Positions 42,869 to 52,492 of a DNA stretch of 62,753 nucleotides are shown here, one piece after another. The notes beneath the pieces were generated by a model. That model made no database searches, was not told the DNA's origin, and was given only the letters and a program-made list of their open reading frames with translations. Position numbers and translations under genes: made by a program. The stretch lies in the IMG/VR virus record IMGVR_UViG_3300031758_000014. The stretch is one strand, 5' to 3'. Within the stretch, counting starts at the first letter, position 1. Every line of letters starts with the position of its first letter. The stretch is from an uncultured virus (IMG/VR IMGVR_UViG_3300031758_000014) (Duplodnaviria; Heunggongvirae; Uroviricota; Caudoviricetes).

Positions 42869-44254
42869 TTATTTTGATTTTCCGAAACCTGTTATTTTGC
42901 CCTCTTTATCACCTTTGTCTCTATCTTCTTCGTATCTAACATTAAAGAAGTTTTCATGGTCATTAACAATTTTAACTTCGGAATCTAAACTAGCATAAGG
43001 TCCAAGTTCTCCAGATCTAAATACACCACCTAACATTTCACTATTTAAGAATCCTTCCATGAAGTAACAGTTCTTTAATGATGAACCATCAACTCTACAA
43101 GAAAGTATTTTTGAATTATCGGCTTCGGTGTGTTCTAACTTTGATTTTGAAAGTTGTGAATTTTTAACTTCACATCCTAAGAGTGAACAATTTTCAAATA
43201 TTCCTTCAAGATTGCAGTTTATAAATTCATAATTTCTTAGTGTTGATGATGTTTTTATATCAGCATCAACTATTTCCATAGTTTGGCTTTCGGTTACATA
43301 ATTAATTATACAATCTTTTAAATCATTTGTACCGTCTATTAAATGGTAAATTTTAGAATAAATCTTATCATAATAAGTTGATATTATGTCATAATTATTA
43401 TTTTGATCAATTTGAATTTGTATAGTAGGATAATCAACTATGAAATTGTCATATTTTGAAAAGTTTTTAAATCTTTTAATATTGTCTTCTAAATACTCTT
43501 CAAGTTTATTAATATCTTCTGAGTTAAATCCAACATCAATTGAATCATATACATTGATGATAAATCTATCCATAAAGTAGATTAATTGACCAACATTTTT
43601 TTCAAAATCTTTACCACCAATATATCTGAATTCTAATCTTTGACTTTCTTTGTTATTATTTATATGTATGAAATTTATTCCATAATACTTATCATTTGGA
43701 ACTCTTAAATTGTTTTTGATGACACCAATTGATATATTAAAGAAATCATATTCTTTATAAGGTATTATTTTTTTGATTGTTTTTGCATAAACATTATCTT
43801 TTCTTGATGGATAATATCTATAAATTTCATCCTCATCAGTATTTAAAATAAGCTTAAGTATGTTTAAATCATTTAAATCTTTATCATCTTTATTGAAGGA
43901 TAAGTTAAAGTGTATTGAACACTTATCATTTGTATATCCATAATTTTGAATAAAATTAACTATTTTAACTAAATAGTATTTAGCATCATAATAGTCAAGT
44001 GGTCCTGTAACTAATTCAACCATGTTAGAACCACCTGAAAGGTCTGGTTCAATCTTAAAGTTATCTTTATCTGGAGTAAAGTCTGAGTGATACTTTCTAA
44101 AACCCCAAACTTTTACCGGTTTAAGTTCATTATTAAGTATTTCAAGTGTTTTATAGAAAGAAAGGTCTTTCATATAAAATTCAAATTCAAAACCAATTTT
44201 AGCTGATTTTAGTTTACTGCTTTGGTTTAAAAATTTATCTGAATATTTCTTCAT
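42869..44254 (-). CDS. putative amidoligase (COOH-NH2 ligase type)
   Basis: GFEFEF, ELVTGP, CSIHFN, KYYGIN, LEFRYIGG. Confidence 0.7.
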   Translation of the reverse strand: MKKYSDKFLNQSSKLKSAKIGFEFEFYMKDLSFYKTLEILNNELKPVKVWGFRKYHSDFTPDKDNFKIEPDLSGGSNMVELVTGPLDYYDAKYYLVKIVNFIQNYGYTNDKCSIHFNLSFNKDDKDLNDLNILKLILNTDEDEIYRYYPSRKDNVYAKTIKKIIPYKEYDFFNISIGVIKNNLRVPNDKYYGINFIHINNNKESQRLEFRYIGGKDFEKNVGQLIYFMDRFIINVYDSIDVGFNSEDINKLEEYLEDNIKRFKNFSKYDNFIVDYPTIQIQIDQNNNYDIISTYYDKIYSKIYHLIDGTNDLKDCIINYVTESQTMEIVDADIKTSSTLRNYEFINCNLEGIFENCSLLGCEVKNSQLSKSKLEHTEADNSKILSCRVDGSSLKNCYFMEGFLNSEMLGGVFRSGELGPYASLDSEVKIVNDHENFFNVRYEEDRDKGDKEGKITGFGKSK

Positions 44255-44366
44255 AAGAGTATATATTAAAATATATTTCTAATTTTTTGAGGAAAGATAT
44301 TTTGTTTTATATATAAAAAATAGTTTAGACATTACTATGTGTCAATACTAAAAATTTTGAAAGATA

Positions 44367-44756
44367 ATGAACTTTTTTTGTGTATATGTTAAGACCCGTA
44401 AAAAGATGGATAAATATATCAAGGTCAATAGGGTTAGGAATAAATATATTATAGATATAAAGAAAATAATTGAAGAGGAAGAATTAAGTCCAAGTGATGA
44501 TAAAACATATTTAAAAATTCTAATATTCAATAAAATTCAACAAGCTATAAGTAAAAAGAAGGATATTTATTATATTCCTGACTTTGATAATGACTTTTCT
44601 ATTGAGAAGTTATTAAATTTAAAAAAAATACTCGGTGAAAATGACTTTAATGTCTTAATATTTTATAACGAGTTCCGTAAAAATCCTGAAATAATAGATG
44701 ATGTTTTTAGTAATTTGTCTAAATTCTCAAATTCACAAATTATTAGAGATTATTAA
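44367..44756 (+). CDS. hypothetical protein
   Basis: ORF track. Confidence 0.6.
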   Translation: MNFFCVYVKTRKKMDKYIKVNRVRNKYIIDIKKIIEEEELSPSDDKTYLKILIFNKIQQAISKKKDIYYIPDFDNDFSIEKLLNLKKILGENDFNVLIFYNEFRKNPEIIDDVFSNLSKFSNSQIIRDY

Positions 44757-44805
44757 TATACAAGAGATTAATAATCTTAATATATAAAGAAAAAATCTTA
44801 TTACT

Positions 44806-46770
44806 ATGGCTATTTTAGGTGGTTCACCATTAGGTCTAATTGGGGTAACATCAAATTCATCTGGTGGATATTCTACATTTAATGGTGGTAAAACAAGAAA
44901 TGTTCGTGTATCTAGTTATAATCAATCTAAAGAATTATCATTATTTAGTGGTAAAAGAAAGTTGAGAGCATGGCCTGGTATTAAATCATATAGTGGTACT
45001 TATAAACAAAGTGGTAAAGATGTAGCTTTTACTGATTTAGATACAACTGGTCAATTAGATGTTGATTACTCTGAGCTTAGAAACAGTGGTGGTACAAAAG
45101 GTGATAATTATACTATGAGTACTCTACATAATAATGATGTATATGATACATCGGTTTTAAATATAATAGAAAAGTTATCTTCTACTAAAGCTGCTTTAAG
45201 ACCTTCTGATTTTGCTTATTTAAAAAATCTTGGTGTTTATCCAAATAATAGATTGATGATAGTTAGAAGATTTGCTAGTCCGAGTGATGATAATATAATG
45301 GTGTCTAGAAAACCAACTGAGATACCATCGTTGGCTAATGTTATTAGTTGGGTAGCTGATGGTGCTAATTTTGTTGACATAACATTTGGTGAAGTTTGGG
45401 GTGAGGCAAAGGCTGACTTTACTAACATGTTGAATAGATTGGGTGAAGACTTTGGTAGAAAAACAGACTCAATGGGATTAGATGAATTACTTGGTGCTGG
45501 AGCTGGTGCTATTCCGCTTCCAGGTTTTACTGAGATTTTTCAGAGAAAGTTTTTAGATGGTATTGGTTTATTGGATGAAGGTGAAAAATCTGGTATACCA
45601 GCTGGTAATCCAAACCTAATTAAAGAAGCTAAGGTTAGAACAACTGTGGGTTATGGTGACGCTGGTTCTGGACTTTCAGCTAAAGTTTCTTTTAGTTTTG
45701 AAACTGAGTACGAGTTAAAGTTTATATCTGGTATTGATCCAACTATTGTTTGGATGGATATAATTGGTAATATTCTTAGATTAGGTACATCCGAAAGTGA
45801 TACTTATGGATTAAGTAGGTCTGCTGGGGCTAAAATAAAAAATTGGGTTGCTAGACCAGATAATTTAGTTTCGGAAGTTATATCAACTATAAAGAGCGTC
45901 TTATCTTCAACTGCTGCTGAGGTTCATAAAAAAATAACAGAAATTTATACTAATGCAACTAAGGCAATAGATGATGCTCTTAAAGAGCGAAAGACTCAAC
46001 AGACAAAGCCTGAAGAAAGCAATGATAGTAATAACCAAAATAAGATTGCTGATGATCCTGAATACCAATTAGCTAAAAAAGTTGCTAGAGGATCGAGAAA
46101 GCTACTTGATGGTATAGTTAATATTGCTGATGATATTTTAAAAGGTACTATATTAAAATATAGAACTGAGATAATTGGTATTGTTAATGCGCTTACTGGA
46201 GCGCCTTCGACTCCTTGGCATATAACTATTGGTAATCCTCTTAGACCTGTTTTTTGTTCGGGTGATATGTTGGTTCAGGATGTTAATCTTAAATTAGGTC
46301 CTCAATTAGCATTTAATGATCTACCATCAAGTATAAGCGTTAGTTTCACAATAACAAATGCTCGTAATTTAGGATTACAAGAGATAATGTCTAAGTTTAA
46401 CTCTGGTTATTTAAGAACCGTTGACGTTCAAAAAACATACTACGAGATAACAGATCCAGCAAAAGAGGCAATTGGTGGTCTTCCTTGGGAATCAGCACCT
46501 CAAACTGATCCTCCAACTAATGGAAATGGGGGAACAAAATCAGCTGATGGTAATGCTAAGAATGATGCAGCAGCTACAAATTCTAAAAATACGGGTGGTG
46601 GATCAACTCCAGCTAATACGGCTGGGACAAACGCAGGTGGTGGTAATCCACCAGCAACTGTTAGTGCATCAGGAGCTCAAAATGATGGTAATAAAACAAC
46701 AAAGGTAGTTAATGGTAAACAATCAAAAACAACTATTAACAAGAATGTTAAAACTCCACAAAAAAAATAA
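44806..46770 (+). CDS. putative baseplate/tail structural protein
   Basis: Context next to gp53-like gene; PWHITIGNP..FNDLPS motif; low-complexity tail. Confidence 0.55.
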   Translation: MAILGGSPLGLIGVTSNSSGGYSTFNGGKTRNVRVSSYNQSKELSLFSGKRKLRAWPGIKSYSGTYKQSGKDVAFTDLDTTGQLDVDYSELRNSGGTKGDNYTMSTLHNNDVYDTSVLNIIEKLSSTKAALRPSDFAYLKNLGVYPNNRLMIVRRFASPSDDNIMVSRKPTEIPSLANVISWVADGANFVDITFGEVWGEAKADFTNMLNRLGEDFGRKTDSMGLDELLGAGAGAIPLPGFTEIFQRKFLDGIGLLDEGEKSGIPAGNPNLIKEAKVRTTVGYGDAGSGLSAKVSFSFETEYELKFISGIDPTIVWMDIIGNILRLGTSESDTYGLSRSAGAKIKNWVARPDNLVSEVISTIKSVLSSTAAEVHKKITEIYTNATKAIDDALKERKTQQTKPEESNDSNNQNKIADDPEYQLAKKVARGSRKLLDGIVNIADDILKGTILKYRTEIIGIVNALTGAPSTPWHITIGNPLRPVFCSGDMLVQDVNLKLGPQLAFNDLPSSISVSFTITNARNLGLQEIMSKFNSGYLRTVDVQKTYYEITDPAKEAIGGLPWESAPQTDPPTNGNGGTKSADGNAKNDAAATNSKNTGGGSTPANTAGTNAGGGNPPATVSASGAQNDGNKTTKVVNGKQSKTTINKNVKTPQKK

Positions 46771-46777
46771 TTAGGTA

Positions 46778-47260
46778 ATGAATATAGATTGTTTTACAAA
46801 ATTTTTATTTTCATATAAACAGAATAGGTTTATATTAGAAACACCTGTACATACTTATAATAGAACAATTAGTTTAAAAGAATATACTGTTCAAAAAGAT
46901 GAAGATATGAGAATAGATTTGGTTATGGAGTCAATATACGGTGATATTAGTTATTATAAAGATGTTGATATTATTTTATATATAAATGGTATTGATAATC
47001 CTTTAAATATTATGGAGGGTCAAATTATTAAATATCCAAACGTAGGTGATTTACCATACTTTAGATATACTGAAAATGGTGAAACACCGGACGATACGAT
47101 TAAGAATGCGTTGGCGGTTGTTAATAAATCAACGAGAGTTGATAAAAATAGATCAAAGTTTGTTGAAAATGATTACTCTTTACCACCAATACTTCTGACT
47201 AAAGCTGATCCACCAGTAACTATTGATGTTGATAAAATAATAGTAGGTGGTTTAAAATAA
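46778..47260 (+). CDS. baseplate wedge protein (gp53/LysM-like)
   Basis: Y.V..DE.MRIDL....IYG......IL..NGI.NP. Confidence 0.7.
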   Translation: MNIDCFTKFLFSYKQNRFILETPVHTYNRTISLKEYTVQKDEDMRIDLVMESIYGDISYYKDVDIILYINGIDNPLNIMEGQIIKYPNVGDLPYFRYTENGETPDDTIKNALAVVNKSTRVDKNRSKFVENDYSLPPILLTKADPPVTIDVDKIIVGGLK

Positions 47261-47270
47261 TTTATAAATT

Positions 47271-48842
47271 ATGGCTGTTATAGAAACTAAAAATTCTACG
47301 ATATATTTACCAAGTTTTGGTTCAAATTACACTACTGATATTAGTGTAATTTTATTTTTCCCAACCGATGATGTTACAAAAACTGCATATACATCAATGA
47401 TAACTTCTAGTGTTACAGATTGGTTTAATAAATATGTTATAGTTATTTTCAATGGTTTTAAGAAGTTATCATTTACTGGTAATTTTTGGACATCAATACA
47501 ATCAGAATTTGTTGATGTTATAACTAAAAATAATTTAGTTGTTAATGATATAAGTCTATGTTTTTTTGTTAATTCATCATCTGATTCATCATTGGTTCAG
47601 GAGAATATGAGTAAAGATGTACTTTCTAGTAAAGTTTCCAATTTCACAAATTTAATGTTAATCGATCCTTACCCGGAAGGTAAAATAGTTCAAAATATAA
47701 AAGATTTATCAACAAAAGGAACTAAAACTTATCTAATTTATAATACTCTAAATTGGAATGCGAAATTTAGTTTAAAATTTACAAATTTATCATCTCTTGT
47801 TAGTTCATATAGTTTTAATCCAACTCCTATTAATACTAAGGATGTTAATAAAGATAGAAATAAAATAGTTGGTAAATTTTTCACCAAGTGGAAAAGTGTA
47901 ATTGAATCAACGTTAATTACCCCAACATTAAAACCAGATCCAATAACAGAGAATAAGGGAAACAAAGAGTTTACTGAAAATAAAACTCCTGAGAAAACAC
48001 CTGAAACAAACTCAGATATAGAAAATCCGGTGAGTAAAGATACTGGTGGTAAGTTAAAAATGACATTTAATGGTATTGATAATTCAACAGTTAATACATT
48101 TAGTATAAGTAATTCATTGGAGTTTCAAATTTTAATAGATCAAACTGTTGATAGTCAAAATACTGATGATTTTAGTGATGGTTTAGATGATGAGTATACC
48201 GAAACCGGATTTGAAGGGTTGGAAGAAGCTGGTATTATACTTACTCCTTTGGAAAAAGATCTTCAATTATCGGTTGCTGCTAGTCAAGAAGATGCTAGTA
48301 CTGGGTTAACACCACCTGGAACACCTGCTAATATAAAACCGGTTAGTAATTTTGACGCTTTATTAAAATTAGCTGGTGATTGTGCTAGAGAGTTAGGTAA
48401 AAATCCAAGAGTTAAATATGAGAATTTGAAAAAGGGTTATATTAAAGGTGTGCATGGACTTTGTCCTCAGGGAACTCAAGCTGTTATTTATGCGATGACT
48501 GGTGTTAAAAAGTTGGGACAACAATCAGGTAACGCTGATTATTTCTCATTTAAATATAACAAATCGTCTTTCCCATCATCTCATTACAATCCTAAAATTA
48601 AAGTTGGTAAAGATTATTGGAAAGATAAGTCTAAGTGGCAAGTTGGTGATGTTATTGCGGTTGGTTATACTGGAGGTAAACCGTATGGTCACATTCAAGT
48701 TTGGACAGGATATAATTGGATGAGTGATTTTAAACAAAATGCTTTACAATCAAGTCACGTTGATTGGGACACACCAGCTCTTTGGAGATTAAATGAAAAT
48801 GGTATTAAAGCTGTTAGTAAACAAATGGGGCAAATATCATAG
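47271..48842 (+). CDS. virion protein with C-terminal NlpC/P60/CHAP-like amidase
   Basis: LCPQG...GNA...GDV...YGHIQV.TG..W.SDF. Confidence 0.7.
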   Translation: MAVIETKNSTIYLPSFGSNYTTDISVILFFPTDDVTKTAYTSMITSSVTDWFNKYVIVIFNGFKKLSFTGNFWTSIQSEFVDVITKNNLVVNDISLCFFVNSSSDSSLVQENMSKDVLSSKVSNFTNLMLIDPYPEGKIVQNIKDLSTKGTKTYLIYNTLNWNAKFSLKFTNLSSLVSSYSFNPTPINTKDVNKDRNKIVGKFFTKWKSVIESTLITPTLKPDPITENKGNKEFTENKTPEKTPETNSDIENPVSKDTGGKLKMTFNGIDNSTVNTFSISNSLEFQILIDQTVDSQNTDDFSDGLDDEYTETGFEGLEEAGIILTPLEKDLQLSVAASQEDASTGLTPPGTPANIKPVSNFDALLKLAGDCARELGKNPRVKYENLKKGYIKGVHGLCPQGTQAVIYAMTGVKKLGQQSGNADYFSFKYNKSSFPSSHYNPKIKVGKDYWKDKSKWQVGDVIAVGYTGGKPYGHIQVWTGYNWMSDFKQNALQSSHVDWDTPALWRLNENGIKAVSKQMGQIS

Positions 48843-50543
48843 TTAATAAAAACATGTTAATATATTATCCCAAGCAACTTCATTTTCAAGAGTTTTTCCT
48901 TTCTTAGCTCCACTATCCATTACTAATTTTCTACCACCATTTGAATAGATACCATTACAAATAGTAATCTTTGTAAAGTTATCAACAACTTTAAATTCGC
49001 CATTACTTCTAAATATAACCGAATATGGATATCCATCATCTATTGTTAAAGATATTTTCTTAGGTGAGAAAGATGCTTTATAGAAAATTTCACCATCGAT
49101 ATTTATACTAGCTCCATAAGGATTTAATCTAGCATGAACTAATTTTAATTCAGTATTTGTTATTCCTTTTAACGATCTTATATAATCAGAACCTGGTAGA
49201 GTTTTAGTTGATATAGAATCCCAAGCCTTTTGTGTTGAATCATCCCAAGCTCCTAATAATGTTGTTTTTAGTTTATTTTTATTTGCCCAAATTTGGAAAG
49301 CTATAATATCTAATGTAGTTTCGAAGAATGTTGGTTTATTTGTATTAGAGGCTGTCACACCATTTGTTGTTGTTTGATTTTGAATTTGGCTTGGTGCTTG
49401 TTGTGTATTATCCTCAGCTATAGTAGATTTACCTTCTATATTATTATTTTGATTAGTTGGTATACTTTGTGAAGCTGATTGTGGGTTAGCATTTATAACT
49501 GTTTTTTCTACTGGTGGTGCTATTTTATTAGCTTCTACATTTTTAAATGCTTGGTCCCAATCATTTTTAGTTACTAAGGTATAGCTAAATTTATTACCAT
49601 TCATATTAACATGTTTCTCACAAAGACCAAAAAATTCATTTAAATCTTCTTCACTTGCAAAACATTGAGAGCCATCTTCCGACCAATCTCCTATTTTCTT
49701 ACCACCTGGATATCCTAAATGTATACCAATACCAAAGTCTTTTGTACCATTATCATTTGTATCAGCTGGAAATGTTAAATTACTTGGTATAAATTCAGGT
49801 TTATCAAACTCTTTATCATACCAAACTAATTGTTTGGAATCTGTATGAGTTAGTAAGGCCGGTGCTCCACTCCACTTTGATAAAACGTAAACATCTATAT
49901 ATTGAGATGGTACTAAAATTTGAATTGCTTTAGTTTTAGGTTTTTGTACAACTTCTGTATTTTGTGGTCTTGATGTTTCTGATAAATTTTGACTTTTAGT
50001 AGTTAGATTATTATCTAAACTAGTCTTAACATCTTTTCCTATACTACCTAGTAAAGTAATAGCTTGACCTTGAAGATTTCCTAATACATTACCAGATTGA
50101 CCTTGAAGATTTCCTAATACATTACCAGATTGACCTAATAAATTACTATTTAGTAGTTTTGGTATGTCATTTATCTTCTCCATATTCAATCCACTTGCCT
50201 TAACTTTTGAATATGCTTGATCAAATGATGTTATATTAATTCCTGTGTTTTGTAGTTTATTTAATCCAGTTTGAACCAATTTTAGGTCTATTGAGTTGGA
50301 GACTATTTTATTTGCATCAATATCTTTAACCTTTTCTAAATCCATAACGGAAGTAATATCAGCTCCTAAAGATTTTAGCTTACTTAAATTATCTAAAAGT
50401 TTTAATGGGTTTATTCCATTATCACTTAAAGACTTATAATCTTTAAAAAAGTTGCCTACATCAATACCTGATGTGTTAAGTGCATTTAGTTCAGTTGAAC
50501 TAAATAGTGATGGAAGAAGGCTAGTAATATCTATAATACCCAT
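48843..50543 (-). CDS. virion-associated protein carrying the C-terminal half of a transpeptidase-like domain
   Basis: ILVPSQY..GIGIH..DWS.DGSQCF..GNKFSYTL; low-complexity N-terminus. Confidence 0.6.
   Translation of the reverse strand: MGIIDITSLLPSLFSSTELNALNTSGIDVGNFFKDYKSLSDNGINPLKLLDNLSKLKSLGADITSVMDLEKVKDIDANKIVSNSIDLKLVQTGLNKLQNTGINITSFDQAYSKVKASGLNMEKINDIPKLLNSNLLGQSGNVLGNLQGQSGNVLGNLQGQAITLLGSIGKDVKTSLDNNLTTKSQNLSETSRPQNTEVVQKPKTKAIQILVPSQYIDVYVLSKWSGAPALLTHTDSKQLVWYDKEFDKPEFIPSNLTFPADTNDNGTKDFGIGIHLGYPGGKKIGDWSEDGSQCFASEEDLNEFFGLCEKHVNMNGNKFSYTLVTKNDWDQAFKNVEANKIAPPVEKTVINANPQSASQSIPTNQNNNIEGKSTIAEDNTQQAPSQIQNQTTTNGVTASNTNKPTFFETTLDIIAFQIWANKNKLKTTLLGAWDDSTQKAWDSISTKTLPGSDYIRSLKGITNTELKLVHARLNPYGASINIDGEIFYKASFSPKKISLTIDDGYPYSVIFRSNGEFKVVDNFTKITICNGIYSNGGRKLVMDSGAKKGKTLENEVAWDNILTCFY
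50064..50136. repeat. 33-bp tandem repeat (GQSGNVLGNLQ)
   Basis: ttgaccttgaagatttcctaatacattaccaga twice plus a partial third copy. Confidence 0.9.
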
Positions 50544-50547
50544 TTAA

Positions 50548-52461
50548 TTATAATAATTTTTTAATGTCTATACCATTTTTTGATAAGTTATTAATGTCAG
50601 ATTTTAATTTAGTTATACTTAACTTGTTAGAAGCTATTTTTGTATAGTCTTCTGATGTTAACTTACTTAAATCGCTAAGTTTGTCTGATTCAATTCCTAA
50701 TGATTTTAATTTGCTTATATCTTTTTCTACTTTATCAACATCCACTCCTTTTGAAGTTAAATCAGTTAATTTTGTCTTTGATATATTTGATGATAAAATA
50801 TTTTTAAATTCACCAGTTTTTCCTTGAGTACTTCCAATTAAATTACCAGCTTGATTTTGAAGATTATTGATTAAACTACCAGACTGACCTTGATTTAGTA
50901 AACTATTTACTTTTTGATTAATGTTGGAACTCAAACTGCTCAAGTTACCAATGAGTGCGTTACTAGTGAAATTCTCAACAACACCATCTCTTAATTTAAC
51001 ATTATTTAGAATATTTTTTGATAAACTGTTAATAGATTCCATATCGACTGGAACTCCTTTACTTATAGCATTCTGTATTAATATGTCTTTTATAGAACCT
51101 TCAATTTCAGCCTGTTTCTCAACTGGTAAGTTATTAACATATTTTTTACCACTATCTTTTAAGCTACTTAATACTGCATTTGTGGCAATGTCTTTATTTA
51201 AAGATGTTATTGGTACACCATCAATTACCGGTCCTCGTAATACGTCCTTAAATGTAACTCTCTCACCTATTTTATTAGACCAATAAATTTTATCTAATGT
51301 GGATAAATCAGTTTGTTTATTTATCCAAGCTTCTGACATAGTAAATTCTACACCAGGCATTGTTGAGAAAATATAGTTTTTAACTCGCCAGATATCTTTG
51401 TCATCTTTATAAAGAACATATATTTTATCAACAAACTCATCTGTATATTTATCACCTGTTGCCAAACATTGATTTCTTACACCAATTATATTAAGTTCGT
51501 ACGGTTTATCATATAACTTATAATTCTTCATTTTAATCAACTCTAACAATACATTAACGTCTGGGTGAACATCTGGAACATCTGGTGCTAAATCGGCTGG
51601 TATAGGTGGTTTCTCAGCGTCTATCGGTGGCTTTTTAAATGTTGAAGATGAAGAACCATCTAATGGTACATATTTAACAGTTTCTTCGGTTGTTAAATTA
51701 TTTTCTTCAACGGTGGATTTCCATTTATCGCCCTTTTGTCCATCACTTACACCTTCTGTTCTCTCTTGCATTTTAACACTATCATTGTCAACAATATAAA
51801 CATTTTTAGACAAAAGTTTTGGATCTTTTTGTGTAAAATATAATTGTATATGTGAAAGTAGTGCTGGAGTTGCTATTACAGGAGCAGCTAAATTTCCTAA
51901 AAAAGGACCACCTTGGGAACCCATTAATATTTGTAAAAAAGTATCAAACCAGTTTGTGAAATTATCACCTAAAATTGCTCTTTGTCCTGAGTTTGGAGAA
52001 CCTAAATTAATTTTACCAAAATTATCTTTTAGATTAACATCAATCGTTTTTTCTTTAATGTTTAGATTATTGAATTTGTGATCTATTTTAACTCCCTCTG
52101 ATTCATTTACATATATTTGAGTTTTATGATCAAAGATCAAAGCTTTCATTGAAAGATAATCTTCGTTATTTAATTGTTGTAGTTTATTTTCTAAGTTTTG
52201 ATTGTAGTGATCTGATGAAATATATTCTGGGTTGTTTAAGTTACCATTTTCAAAAACAATAGTTACTACTTTACCTTTATCTGGTATATTAAATTGATTT
52301 CCATTTAAATCTTTCCAAGGAGATGCCCATGGTAAATCTTCTACTTTGAAGTTATCATAAACATCAAGAACTCTTATTTGACATCTACCAATTTTCTTAG
52401 GATCATCATTATTTTCAACTACACCAACGTATGTTTTCTTAGGATCGACAGTTTTAGACAT
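50548..52461 (-). CDS. gp5-like baseplate hub/spike protein
   Basis: N-terminal OB fold YVGVVENN.DP..IGR..IRV...LPWA.P..IP..G..V. Confidence 0.8.
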   Translation of the reverse strand: MSKTVDPKKTYVGVVENNDDPKKIGRCQIRVLDVYDNFKVEDLPWASPWKDLNGNQFNIPDKGKVVTIVFENGNLNNPEYISSDHYNQNLENKLQQLNNEDYLSMKALIFDHKTQIYVNESEGVKIDHKFNNLNIKEKTIDVNLKDNFGKINLGSPNSGQRAILGDNFTNWFDTFLQILMGSQGGPFLGNLAAPVIATPALLSHIQLYFTQKDPKLLSKNVYIVDNDSVKMQERTEGVSDGQKGDKWKSTVEENNLTTEETVKYVPLDGSSSSTFKKPPIDAEKPPIPADLAPDVPDVHPDVNVLLELIKMKNYKLYDKPYELNIIGVRNQCLATGDKYTDEFVDKIYVLYKDDKDIWRVKNYIFSTMPGVEFTMSEAWINKQTDLSTLDKIYWSNKIGERVTFKDVLRGPVIDGVPITSLNKDIATNAVLSSLKDSGKKYVNNLPVEKQAEIEGSIKDILIQNAISKGVPVDMESINSLSKNILNNVKLRDGVVENFTSNALIGNLSSLSSNINQKVNSLLNQGQSGSLINNLQNQAGNLIGSTQGKTGEFKNILSSNISKTKLTDLTSKGVDVDKVEKDISKLKSLGIESDKLSDLSKLTSEDYTKIASNKLSITKLKSDINNLSKNGIDIKKLL

Positions 52462-52492
52462 GATTTATATATTATATAATCATGTTTCTATC

